NCBI GenBank assembly: GCA_041737125.1
Contig: JBGSSJ010000012.1
Span: 2,637-66,636, forward strand
Direction of reading: 5' to 3'
Length of the DNA: 64,000 bases
From: Minisyncoccia bacterium
GTDB taxonomy: Bacteria > Patescibacteriota > Minisyncoccia > Phycocordibacterales > UBA9973
This document shows positions 49,801 through 61,800 of this stretch, piece after piece. How positions within the stretch are numbered: the first letter of the stretch is position 1; each line of letters opens with the position of its first letter. The position numbers were made by a program, and so were the translations under genes. Below the pieces are notes generated by a model. The model had not been told where the DNA came from, did not search any database, and saw nothing but the letters and a program-made list of their open reading frames with translations.

Positions 49801-52800
49801 CGCTGTTGCAGTGCCTATGATAGGTGCGTCCGGAATCGTTGAAGGAACCACACTATTACTTGTAGCAGATGAGGCACCTGTTCCTGCACTATTCGTAGCA
49901 GTCACTGTAAATGTATACGTTACTCCGTTTGTAAGACCTGTGACTGTGATTGGTGAAGTACCTCCGGTTGCAGTGTGACCAAGATTTGAAGTAACTGTGT
50001 ATGAAGTTACCACAGACCCTCCATTATTTAATGGAGGTGTGAATGTAATAACTGCTTCGCCATTGCCTCCAGTTGCTGTACCTATTGTAGGTGCATCTGG
50101 AACTGTTGCAGGAGTTACAGCATTGGTTGTCGCAGAGGCAACGCTTGTACCATTTGCATTTGTTGCGGTCACAGTAAATGTGTATGAAGTACCGTTTGTA
50201 AGTCCGGTTACCGTGATTGGTGACGTACCTCCTGTAGCAGTGTGTCCAAGATTTGAAGTAACTGTGTAGCTTGTGATTGCAGAGCCACCATTATTTACTG
50301 GAGGTGTGAATGTAATAGTTGCTTGACCATTACCTGGTGTGGCAGTACCAATGATCGGGGCATCTGGAATAGTTTGATAACTAAAGTAAGGATACGATGA
50401 TGCTTCATCGATGGACCAAATAAGTGAAGTGAAATCCCATCCGACAAAAGTAGCTTCTTCTTTCATTTCTGTACTAGTCTTCCCCGTTATCCCAGCTGGA
50501 TCAACACCATTTCCGACACCGTCCCCAGTTGCATATCCTGATGTTGTTGTGTCCCAATAATTTGAAACATATGTCCCTCCAAGTGGATTCCCAGTTACTC
50601 CACCAGTGTACTGAAGTGAAGCTGCACCTGCTGCGCCCGTTCCACCTGTTGAACCTCCAGATCCGCCTACTCCAGCACTTCCGCCTGTACCACCTGTCGC
50701 ACCGTTTGTTTTCGTTCCAGATGGTGCTCCTGTTGCATATGTATTAGTAATAATTGTCGTATTATGACTTCCTAATAGTCCACCCACATACGCAGACCCT
50801 CCTGCACCACCGGCACCACCGGCACCACCATTTCCATTTACTCCAAGTGCTCCTCCTCCTTGAGCGCCTCCTGCGCCGCCCACTCCACCAACACCACCCA
50901 CTCCTGGAGTACCCCCAATTGCAGTAATAGACCCACGCTGGTAGGCATTTGTAATCGCTCCCGTATTTTGCCCGACTAATCCTCCGACAAACACAGCATC
51001 ACCCGCACCTCCTGCACCACCGGCTCCACCGATTGTTCCATTTCCACCATTTCCAGAAACACCTGATCCACCAGCACCTCCTTCACCGCCAGTACCTCCG
51101 ACTGCTCCCGCTGCACCCACACCACCTGTTACTAAAATATTTCCTGATGCATAACTTGTATTAAAATTCCCAGTAGTGATATTCGCTCCCACAAGTCCAC
51201 CCACATAACTTGCGCCAGAAGCACCACCAGCACCTCCTCCTATTGATGCTCCTCCTGCACCACCTGCAAGTGTTCCTCCATTTCCTCCTCTTCCTCCTGC
51301 GCCAGATGCCCCAGCACTTCCACCGTTTCCACCAACAGTAGTGACGTCGCCGGCTGACCAAGAAAATTGAATAATGCCGGCTGTAAAATTATATCCAACG
51401 AGTCCTCCGGCATACAAAGCTCCACCTGCGCCTCCTGCAGCCGTAGTACCACTTCCGCCACCTGCGCCTCCTGCGCCAGAGACACCACCGGTTCCCCCAT
51501 TTCCACTCAATCCTGCAGCCCCACCCACGCCACCAGTGGCTCCATTTACGCTAACATCTCCTAATGCATAGGTAGTATACAATGTTCCAATATTGTATCC
51601 TGCAAATCCTCCACCGTACGTGATACCTCCTGCAGCACCAACAGTTCTTGCACCTGAAGCTCCACCGGTACCACCAGTACCAGAGACATCTCCTGCTCCA
51701 CCTGTCCCACCATTTCCTCCCGCACCACCGACACCTCCTGTGCCCCCTACAAGAGTGAGCGATCCTGTAGAGTAAGAATCCTTAATCGTTCGTGCGGTAT
51801 TATTGAATCCAGTAAATCCTCCACCATAAGCAAGACCTGCGGCACCAGCTGCCCCACCGTTTCCAGCTACTCCACCGACACCTCCGTTGCCACTTACACC
51901 AACTGACCCAGAGGCACCATTGCCTCCAGTTCCACCAGCTCCTCCGGTGCCAGTAATACCGACAACATTACTTGTTGTATATGAAGAGAGAAAAATATTT
52001 CCATCGTTATACCCGACAAATCCACCAGCATACATAACACCTGATGCGCCACCTGCTCCACCTACCCAACCTATGCCACCAGCACTTGATGGGCTTGATA
52101 CTCCTCCATTTCCACCAATTCCACCATTGCCTCCATTCCCGCTTGTTGATGAGACCGTAGTACCAAGCGAATAACTAGTAAGAATTGTATTTGTCGTATT
52201 GACATTAAATCCTGCTAGTCCTCCAGAAGCTGAGACTCCACCTCCACCTGCGGGACCTCCGGCCCCACCAGTTCCTCCTATGTGTGAAGTTCCAAGCGAA
52301 CCATTTCCTCCAGTACCACCATTTGATCCATGTGCTCCATTACCCCCGATCGCAGTCACAGAACCAGTTGCATATGAATTTAAAATAATTCCTGTTGCCG
52401 CATTATTTCCGACAAGTCCACCAGCATACCCCAAACCACCTGCAGCACCACTCCCCCCTGCGCCTCCTGTCGCAGCTGTACCACCAGAGACTGTACTACT
52501 TGCCCCACCCGAAGCTCCATTACTTGATACTCCGGCATTCCCTCCGATAGAAGAGACAGCACCTGTTGCATAAGAACTTCCTTCTATAATTCCTGTATTA
52601 TTTCCGATCAATCCACCAGCATAGCTTGCGCCTCCTGTACCTGCGGTACCACCGGCTCCTCCTACTCCTCCGAGCGCACCAGATCCTGCAATTCCTCCAG
52701 CAACACTTGTAGCTGCATTACCACCTGTACCTCCTGTCGATGTAACATTACGCGTAGCATAACTTGTAGTAATAGTAACAGTACTTCCTAGCTGAGCAAT

Positions 52801-55800
52801 TAATCCTCCTGCGTAAGAAACTCCTCCTGCACCACCTGCACCAGCTGCGACACTCGCTCCTCCTGCACCACCAGCACCACCAGCACCAGGAATCCCAGAG
52901 GCTCTTCCATTTCCACCAAGTCCGCCAAACGACTCCACTGTATTGCCAGTCGAATATGCATGGAAATAATTACTTCCTCCTCCTGCCGCCATATTACTAT
53001 ACCCCACAAGTCCTCCAGCATTTGATTCACCTCCTATACCTCCTGACCCACCTGCACCAGAGGCACCACCTGCTGCACTTGTTGCGCCGTTTGCTCCATT
53101 TCCTCCGATATTTCCTGTACTTCCTGTGCCCCCAGTACTACTAACATTTCCTGTTGCATATGAATTAATAATGTCACTAAGTCCAGCACCTATTCTATTA
53201 TTTCCGATCAATCCACCAGCATAACTTGCACCTCCCACTGCACCAACCACAGCGCCACCACCTGTGCCACCTGCTACTGTTGATCGTGATGCGCCACCGT
53301 TCCCTGATATTCCTGAAATTCCAGCTGTTCCTCCAGTAGAGGAAACATTTCCTGTTGCATATGTATCTAAATAATTACTTGCACCGGTCGTGAAGTTACT
53401 GAAACCTACGAGCCCTCCAGCATTTGCTTCACCTCCGACACCAGCTAATCCTGCCAATGCACCAGGCGCACCTGCATGAGTACTTGTTCCTAGAGAACCA
53501 TCTCCACCATTGCCACCAAGACCTCCATTTCCCCCGAGCCCACCAACAACAGTGATGCTTCCTGTTGCATACGAATCACTAATTCGTACTATTTGTGTTG
53601 TTCCAGTCATACGACCAACAAGTCCTCCTCCGTATGCTAGCCCACCAGCTCCACCTGCGCCACCTGCTCCACCGAGTGCAGAGACTCCACTTGAAATAGT
53701 ACTACCAGAAGTACCTCCAGTCCCCCCATTACCACCAGTTCCGCCAGTACCAGCAGTTGCAGAAAAAGAAATTGACGAATAAGAATTATCTCGAATAATT
53801 CCGAGATTGTCTCCCACCAATCCTCCTACTGCTCGTACACCACCTGTACCACCAATACCTCCAAGAGCTCCAACTCCGCCATTAAATGCCCCTACACCAC
53901 TTCCTCCATTACCACCATTTCCGCCTGTTCCACCACTTTGTTCAAAACCTGAAATAGAAATCAGTGTTGAATATGAGTCTGATACTGCACCTGTTGATGT
54001 GCTTGATCCTAAAAGTCCTCCAATAAATGATCCTTGTGAAGCTCCACCTGCGCCGCCTGCACCACCTGCGCCACCTGCTCCACCTGTTGCCAATCCTGAA
54101 CCTCCATCCCCTCCATTACCTCCATTACCAGGAGTTCCGCCTGTCACCACAATATTACCTGCGCCGGATCCACTATCGACGGTTGCATGCGAAGAAATGA
54201 CATCAGACGTTGTGGATCCAACAAGACCCCCTGCATGAATTATACTTGATTGGTTTCCAGCACCACCAGCACTTCCTGCTGTTCCAGAGTTGATACTTGC
54301 ACTTATTCCATGTGCACCATTGCCTCCATTTCCTCCAGTAATATTGAGAGTTGTTTTTGAGTATGAGTTTGCTTGAATAATTCCAGTGCTATATCCTACT
54401 AATCCTCCAACATAGATACCTCCACCAAAACTTCCTACACCACCTGTTCCATTTAATCCATCAAGCGCTGTGCCCGTACCAATACCACCAATACCACCTA
54501 GAGCACCATGCCCCGCAGAACCACCCACCACTACGATAGTTCCTGTTTCTGCATATGATGAGGTAATTGTTCCTAAACTACTTTGCCCTACAAGTCCTCC
54601 TACGTGCAATGCCGTAGAGGCGGTTGTCGCACCTGAACCACCAGCACCACCATTTCCTGCAACACCTCCGATATGATTCGTACCAAGAGATCCATCACCG
54701 CCATTTCCGCCCTGTCCTCCGTTCCCGCCATTACCTCCTGTTCCTGTCATACTGACTGTCGCATAGGAACTATTAATAATTCCATTTGCTGTGTTGTTTC
54801 TTCCTACTAATCCTCCCAGTGAAAGACTTCCCCCTACGCCTCCTGCTCCACCGATACCACCAGCTGCAGCAGTTCCATTTGTTATAGCTCCAGAAGCACC
54901 AGCAGCGCCTCCTATTCCACCATTTCCTCCAGCTCCTGAAACCGCAACGAGAGATCCTGTTGTATGATAACTTGTTTCAATTCCAATAGAAGAATCCCCT
55001 ACTAATCCTCCTGTAAAGTTTGCACCACCTGCACCACCTATAGCTCCTGCACCACCTGCACCACCTATAGCAGCTCCTCCTCCAGATCCTCCTGAGCCTC
55101 CATTACCACCCGTTCCCCCTATACCAGATGTACCAGAAACAGTATTACTAGAGTATGCATTAATTATCTCACCTATATTTGAAAATCCGACAAGTCCTCC
55201 TGCATACGAGGCGCCTCCAACACCACCAACTCCTCCTATAGCTCCTGCTCCACCGACAGAATTATTTCCACCTACACCGCCTGATCCTGCATTTCCTCCT
55301 GCACCTGCATTTCCTGCACTTGCCATCACTGTACCTGTGGCATATGAATTATCAATATATGCATTTGTTGTAGTAAATCCGATAAGTCCTCCACTATACG
55401 CAGAGCCGCCAGTACCACCGGCTCCACCTACTGCTCCTGCTCCACCAAATATATTATTTATAGTTCCGTCACCACCATTTCCACCACTTGCACCATCCCC
55501 CCCCGTAGCTCCATTTACAGTAACTGAACCTGTTGCATATGAATTTCTTACTACGTATCCAGCACCGGCATTATATCCGACAAGTCCTCCACCATATATT
55601 GCATTACCAGATCCTCCGGCTCCTCCTGCTCCTCCAATAGAACCATTAGCACCTGATGTTCCGGTCGTTCCATTAGCTGCGACTCCACCATTTGCAACGA
55701 CATCATTTGTAGAATGTACAGTATCAATAAGAACATTACTAAGGGAGACATACCCTACAGCACCTCCTGCATGAACTGCACCTGTTACCCACCCAGCACC

Positions 55801-58800
55801 ACCTGCCCCACTTGTACCATTTCTTCCACTTCCTCCCCCACCAGTTCCTCCTGTAGCGCCTGTTCCACCAGATCCTCCAACACCAGCAAAAGTCACAGTA
55901 ATAGTTCCACCACTTGCTTGTGATGAAGAAATATTACCATTACCTTGGCCTGCTATCCCACCTATATATACTGCACCACCTACGTTTCCGGAGCCACCGT
56001 TTCCACCAACACCTCCAGCATGTCCACCAGTTCCAAGTGACCCATTTCCACCAGTACCACCATCTCCTCCCATACCTGCACTTGCTCCATTTCCAGTAAG
56101 ACTTCCTATAACACTCAGATTTGAAATAACTCCAGAAAAGTTAACACCAAAAAATGCAGTATTATCACCAGTAATACCTCCGATATATGTCGCACCTCCT
56201 ATTCCACCTGGACCACCGGTTCCACCACTTGCTGCAGTACCTCCGGCAATATTTCCAGATGCACCAGCCGTGCCACCTACCCCACCGTTTCCACCAACTC
56301 CTCCACTTACTGTAATAGTTGTAATTGTATATGTAAGATCTTTAATCACTCCAGCATTAGACCCCGTTATTCCTCCGCCGTACGCAGCTCCTCCAGTGCC
56401 TCCTGTAACACCCACAGCACCAGTTCCTCCTATTGCTCCACTTCCACCAGCACCACCAGGTGCTCCACCTCCGCCTATTCCACCTGCACCCCCAGTTGAA
56501 GTAATTGTCCCTATAGTATGTGGAGTAGAAAGTGTCGTACTCACCAATCCATTAAACCCAATAATACCTCCAGCATAACTAGCCCCACCGACACCACCGA
56601 AACCACCATTGCCCACATATGCAACACCTGCAAGACCTGCGACTCCCGGACCACTTGATCCTGGAGTACCGCTTGCTCCAGAATTTCCGCCGGCTCCTCC
56701 TATAGCTTCAATATTTCCAGAAGCATATGATCCAGAAGCAACAGTTGCAATATTGTATCCGACAACACCTCCACTTGAAGCAAGACCTCCAGCTCCACCA
56801 GAATTACCTAATGTTGCTGCACCTCCCGCAACAGCATTACTTGAATTACCACCATTTGCGCCTGATCCTCCTAAACCTCCAACTCCTCCGATGGCAGTTG
56901 CATTCCCTGTTGCATATGAACCACCAAGAACAATTCCATTTGTTGAATTATATCCCAGCAATCCACCTGCATATCCTGCACCCGCAGCGCCCCCGATTCC
57001 AAGACTTCCACCACCAGAAGCTCCGATAGTTCCACTTCCACCTGTTCCACCTGCGCTACCGATACCACCTGTTCCACCAGTTGAGATAGTGTTGCCCGTA
57101 GCATATGAATTATTGATAACACCGTTACTAAACCCAACAAGTCCTCCAGCAGAAGAATAACCTGCAGTAGCACTCGTCGCTCCATTTCCTCCTATTGCAC
57201 GGACTCCACCTGCACCACCTGCGCCGGCATTCCCAGAATTTCCACCAATAGAAAACACATCAACTTCTGAGTATGAATAAATAACACTTCCAGAAGAATT
57301 TTGTCCTACAATACCACCTGCAAAAGATAGCCCTCCTGCAGCGCCAGCTATTCCCGCTCCGCCAGCACCACCTATAGCATTTGTTCCACCCGCTCCGCCA
57401 CTGGACCCATCTGCACCATTACCACCAGAGCCTGCAGTGGAATAAACTGACCCTATCTCTGAATATGAATTAGATATTGTTGAAGTATTAAATCCTGCGA
57501 TTCCCCCTGAGTATGCAGTACCACCCACTCCACCTGCGCCACCAACAGAACCAGCAGCACCGACATGACTTGCACCACCTAGAGACCCGTTCCCTGCTGC
57601 GCCTCCAATTGCGCCACTTTTACCAGAAGATGCAGTCGCAGTAACTACACTTGTCGTATAATAATTTGTAATAAAATTCGCATTATGTCCTACAACACCA
57701 CCAGCATATGCAAGTGCACCTGCACCTCCTGCACCACCTGCACCACCTGATGCAGCGATTCCTGAATTAACTGTTGCAGTTGTTGCACCTCCTGCACCTC
57801 CTGCACCACCATCACCTGGAGTTCCACTCGTTGATGTTACTGCACCAGATGTAAGAATTAATGTTTCTGAAGTAATAACTCCAGTACTTTGACCCGCAAC
57901 TCCTCCTGCAAAAGAAGCTCCTCCAACTCCTCCTGCCGCGCCTGCGCCTCCTGCGCCGCCGATGGCATTCGTTCCGCCTGCAGCACCGGCACCGCCTGCA
58001 CCACCATTTCCTCCTGCACCACCAGTAACAATGACATCACCTGTTGAATAACTAGATGCTATCGGTCCCAAAATATATTGTCCTACCACTCCTCCTCCAT
58101 ATCCGGCACCGCCTATACCACCGACAGCTCCTGCACCACCTACTCCACCTGTCACACCTACAGCACCTACTCCTCCATTTCCTCCGTTTCCACCTATACC
58201 TCCAGCACCACCAGTTGCATTTACTGTTCCTGTTCCGTAAGAAAATAGTACTTGTCCGTTAAGATTGTAGCCAATAACACCACCAACATATGCAGCACCT
58301 CCAACTGCTCCAGCACTTCCTGCAATACCAGCAAGACTAGTGCCACCATTTCCACCAAGTGCTCCATTTCCACCTGAGCCACCTGTACCAGTTACTGTGC
58401 TCGTTGAATAATCATTTGTTAATGTGGACCCTGAGTTATATCCAATAACACCTCCCACATATGCAGCACCTCCCACAGTTGCAATAGCACCTGCTCCACT
58501 AAGAGCTCCAGCACCACCAGCTCCACCGGCACCGGCATTCCCACCAGCACCTGCAGTTCCAGTTATAGTCCCTGTTGTGTGATAACTATGACTTGTTACA
58601 TTTGTATTTACACCAACTACACCTCCAATATAAACATCACCTGCAGCACCCGCATTGGCACCTGCAATTCCAGGCAAACCAATAAGACCTGAAACTCCTG
58701 CACCACCACTCCCACCTCCGCCACCTAGTCCTATTACTTGGTTTTCAGAATATGAATATTGAATTATCCCTGTATTACGTCCTGCGAGACCACCAACCTG

Positions 58801-61800
58801 TGCGAAAGTTACAAATGCTGATCCTCCTACACCAGAGGCACCGCCTGCACCTGAAGCTCCGCTAGCCCCCTTTACTCCACCTGAGCCCCCTGTACCACCA
58901 GCACCACCTGAGCCAGCAACTCCGGTAATAACTCCTGTTGTTGCATATGAAGAAAGAATAACTCCAGCATTAAGTCCAGCAAGACCACCAACATACGCTC
59001 CACCTCCTGCACCTCCTGCACCAGCAGCACCTCCTGCACCTCCTGCATGTGCTGCACCAAGAGAAGCACTTCCTCCTGCGCCGCCTGATTGTCCATTTTT
59101 ACCATTTGATCCAGTTCCGGTCACATTGCTTGTTGAATAGTTTGAGCCTATATCTCCGATAATAATTCCAGCTGAAGCATTCTGTCCTACAAGTCCTCCA
59201 GCATGCGCAAGTGACCCTGCACCACCTGCGCCGCCTATTCCACCTATAGCAGCAGTTCCTGTTGTAGCAGTCGCACTTGCACCACCTATACCACCGGTTG
59301 AACTAGTTCCACTTTCTCCACCGAATGCTTCTACATCTCCTGTTGCATATGAAGCGCCTTCAATAATTCCTGAATTATTCCCCACTAAACCACCAACATA
59401 AGTGACTCCACCGAGAGCACCCGCTGCTCCTGCTCCACCTGCTCCACCAATCGCTGCGCCTCCGCCGGCACCCCCAACACCTGCTGTTCCCGCATTTCCC
59501 CCTGTTCCTCCAGTTCCAGTAACAGAACCTGTCGTATATGAAGCGTCAATTACTCCTGTATTAATCCAACCAGCAAGTCCGCCAACATAACTAATACCTC
59601 CCACGCCTGGAGCACCAGCTGCACCACCTGCTCCACCGATACCTGTTCCAGAGTTTGTTCCACCATTACCAGCTGCACCTGAGTCACCACCTGTACCACC
59701 TACACCGATAACTGTCGCCGAACTACTTGATGTTGTTATATTTCCTTGAGCAGAGAAACCGACAAGTCCACCTACATATGATATTGCTCCCGCACCACCT
59801 GCAAGAGTTCCACCTCCCGCACCTGCGACTGTTGCGCCACTTGTTGTATTTCCACCAGCACCACCCGAACCTGATGCACCACCTGCACCACCAGTCCCTG
59901 TAATAAAACCTGATACACTTGCACTGGTGATAGTTCCTGCATTATATCCAGCAAGCCCACCGACGTAGACGATAGACCCCGCTCCGCCAATTGTTCCTGT
60001 ACCTCCCGCTGTAGGTGTTACTCCAGATGTTCCTGTGGCACCATTTGAACCTGTCGCGCCAGATACTCCGACAGCCGTTATAGAAGCATTCGTAAGTACT
60101 ACATTTTCAATTAGGTTTGTTGTATATCCAAAAAGTCCGACATATGCGAGTGTTGTTGTATTAATAAAAAGATTGCTTATCGCATAATTGTCACCATTAA
60201 AATTCCCTGTAAATGGAGTTGTATTTGTTCCGATTGGAATAAATCCGACCCCTGCATTCCATCCTGAAGTCACACTTGCATTAATTGCATTATTTAATTT
60301 GTATGAACTAGCAAGATTAGTTCTCGCTCCTTGTAATCCGTACACATCAAAAACCATAAATGGATCAGTGCTGATTCCCATCCCTGTATATCGTCGAAAT
60401 GTTCCTGCACTTACTGAAAAATTTCCTGTTACAGAAAATGTATCGTTGAGTGGATCAGGTGCAGTAAAGGTAGCTGCGGAAGTTTGAATGTAATCACCAG
60501 ACAACCCACCAGAATTATTTATTATAAGATTTGCATTCTGAGTAATAGTTCCTGTATATCCAGATATAGTAAGAGAGCCTATAGTAAAAGCTTGATCTAT
60601 AATTGCACCATTTGAACCTGTATCAAAAATAACGTTCGTTTCAAAATCAGGTATAGAAGCTCCGCTTGCACCACCAGATGTGGCAGACCAACTAGATGTA
60701 CTACTCCAATTTGCACCAGCTGCTCCTACCCAATATCTTGTAGTGATAGGGTCAACAACTTGATCAATGGTAAGGTCTCCAATAATTTTCAAATCAAATG
60801 TTTCTAAAGGAGTAGAGAGCCCTGATAAAATTATCCTATATTTACCATCTTCAGCAATGACAGGGAAAGCAGCGATAAATTCTCCATCAACAGTATAGAC
60901 TTCAACTGTCACAGCACTACCATCATGAGTAGGCTTTGCATACAAAGTTATATCATTTCCATTATCGAGAAACGTATCAAACGTAACTCGTACAAATTGT
61001 CCGTCTAGAATATCTGCAAAAATTTGATCTCTATATTTTATTGCATCGAAAATATCTTCAAGAATATTTTTATCAGAATCCAGACGAATACCATCTGAAA
61101 TAAAAATAATTTCAAATGTCTGAGTAGAGAGGTGCGGTACTACCCAACTCACGTGATCTATATATTCATCTTCGTCATCGTCGTACGAGACGAATTCCAT
61201 ATTTTCATCTCCATTATTGGTCCATTTTATTTTTATTTGATCTTCTTGTCCTACTTTAAATATTTCTGAAATTTCTATACGGACCGGAACGTCAACCATA
61301 GGAGCTACAGCATCTTGCTCGGGAGTAGACGAAACTACTACTACTTTACCGTTATCTATTACTTGCTCCTCGATAGTTGGTAGGCGACTCGTTTCTTCGC
61401 CAAGTGATGGAGGTATTTCTTCGCTAATTGCTTCCAATGCACTTGAGCCTCCACTATTATCTATATCTTCATTCTTCTCTTCTTCGCTCTCTATAATAAT
61501 TTCTGTTACTACTTCTGGTTCTTCAATTATCTCAGTACTATCTTCATTTACTATTTCTATTACTTCCTCTTCAGCTACTTCAGGCTCGGAAATTGTTTCT
61601 ATAATATCTTCTGTTGTTACTTCTTGTTCTACAGTTACTTCTTCCGTATCTTCTATTATTTCTGTAACAGGTAGCACAGCTTCGATGGTGGGATCATTTG
61701 TAGTAACCTGAATCATTTCTACAGTTTCTTCATTGGTTGTGGATTCAATTATTACTTCATCTTGCGCATCAACAGTAAAATAAAAACTACACAATAAAAA

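Noticed and set aside
47400-50375. Diversity-generating retroelement template/variable repeat pair
   Set aside because: No reverse transcriptase in the window, and the repeat differences are mostly synonymous and not visibly adenine-specific.
50380-60370. Mycobacterial PE_PGRS protein or collagen
   Set aside because: No PE domain, and the tracts are GGX interrupted by GLUG-type motifs rather than Gly-X-Y with Pro; the similarity is compositional.
46880-60487. Many Pro/Ala-rich + strand ORFs and short minus-strand alternative-frame ORFs
   Set aside because: They are antisense or frame shadows of the Gly-rich and Fn3 repeats of the giant gene.
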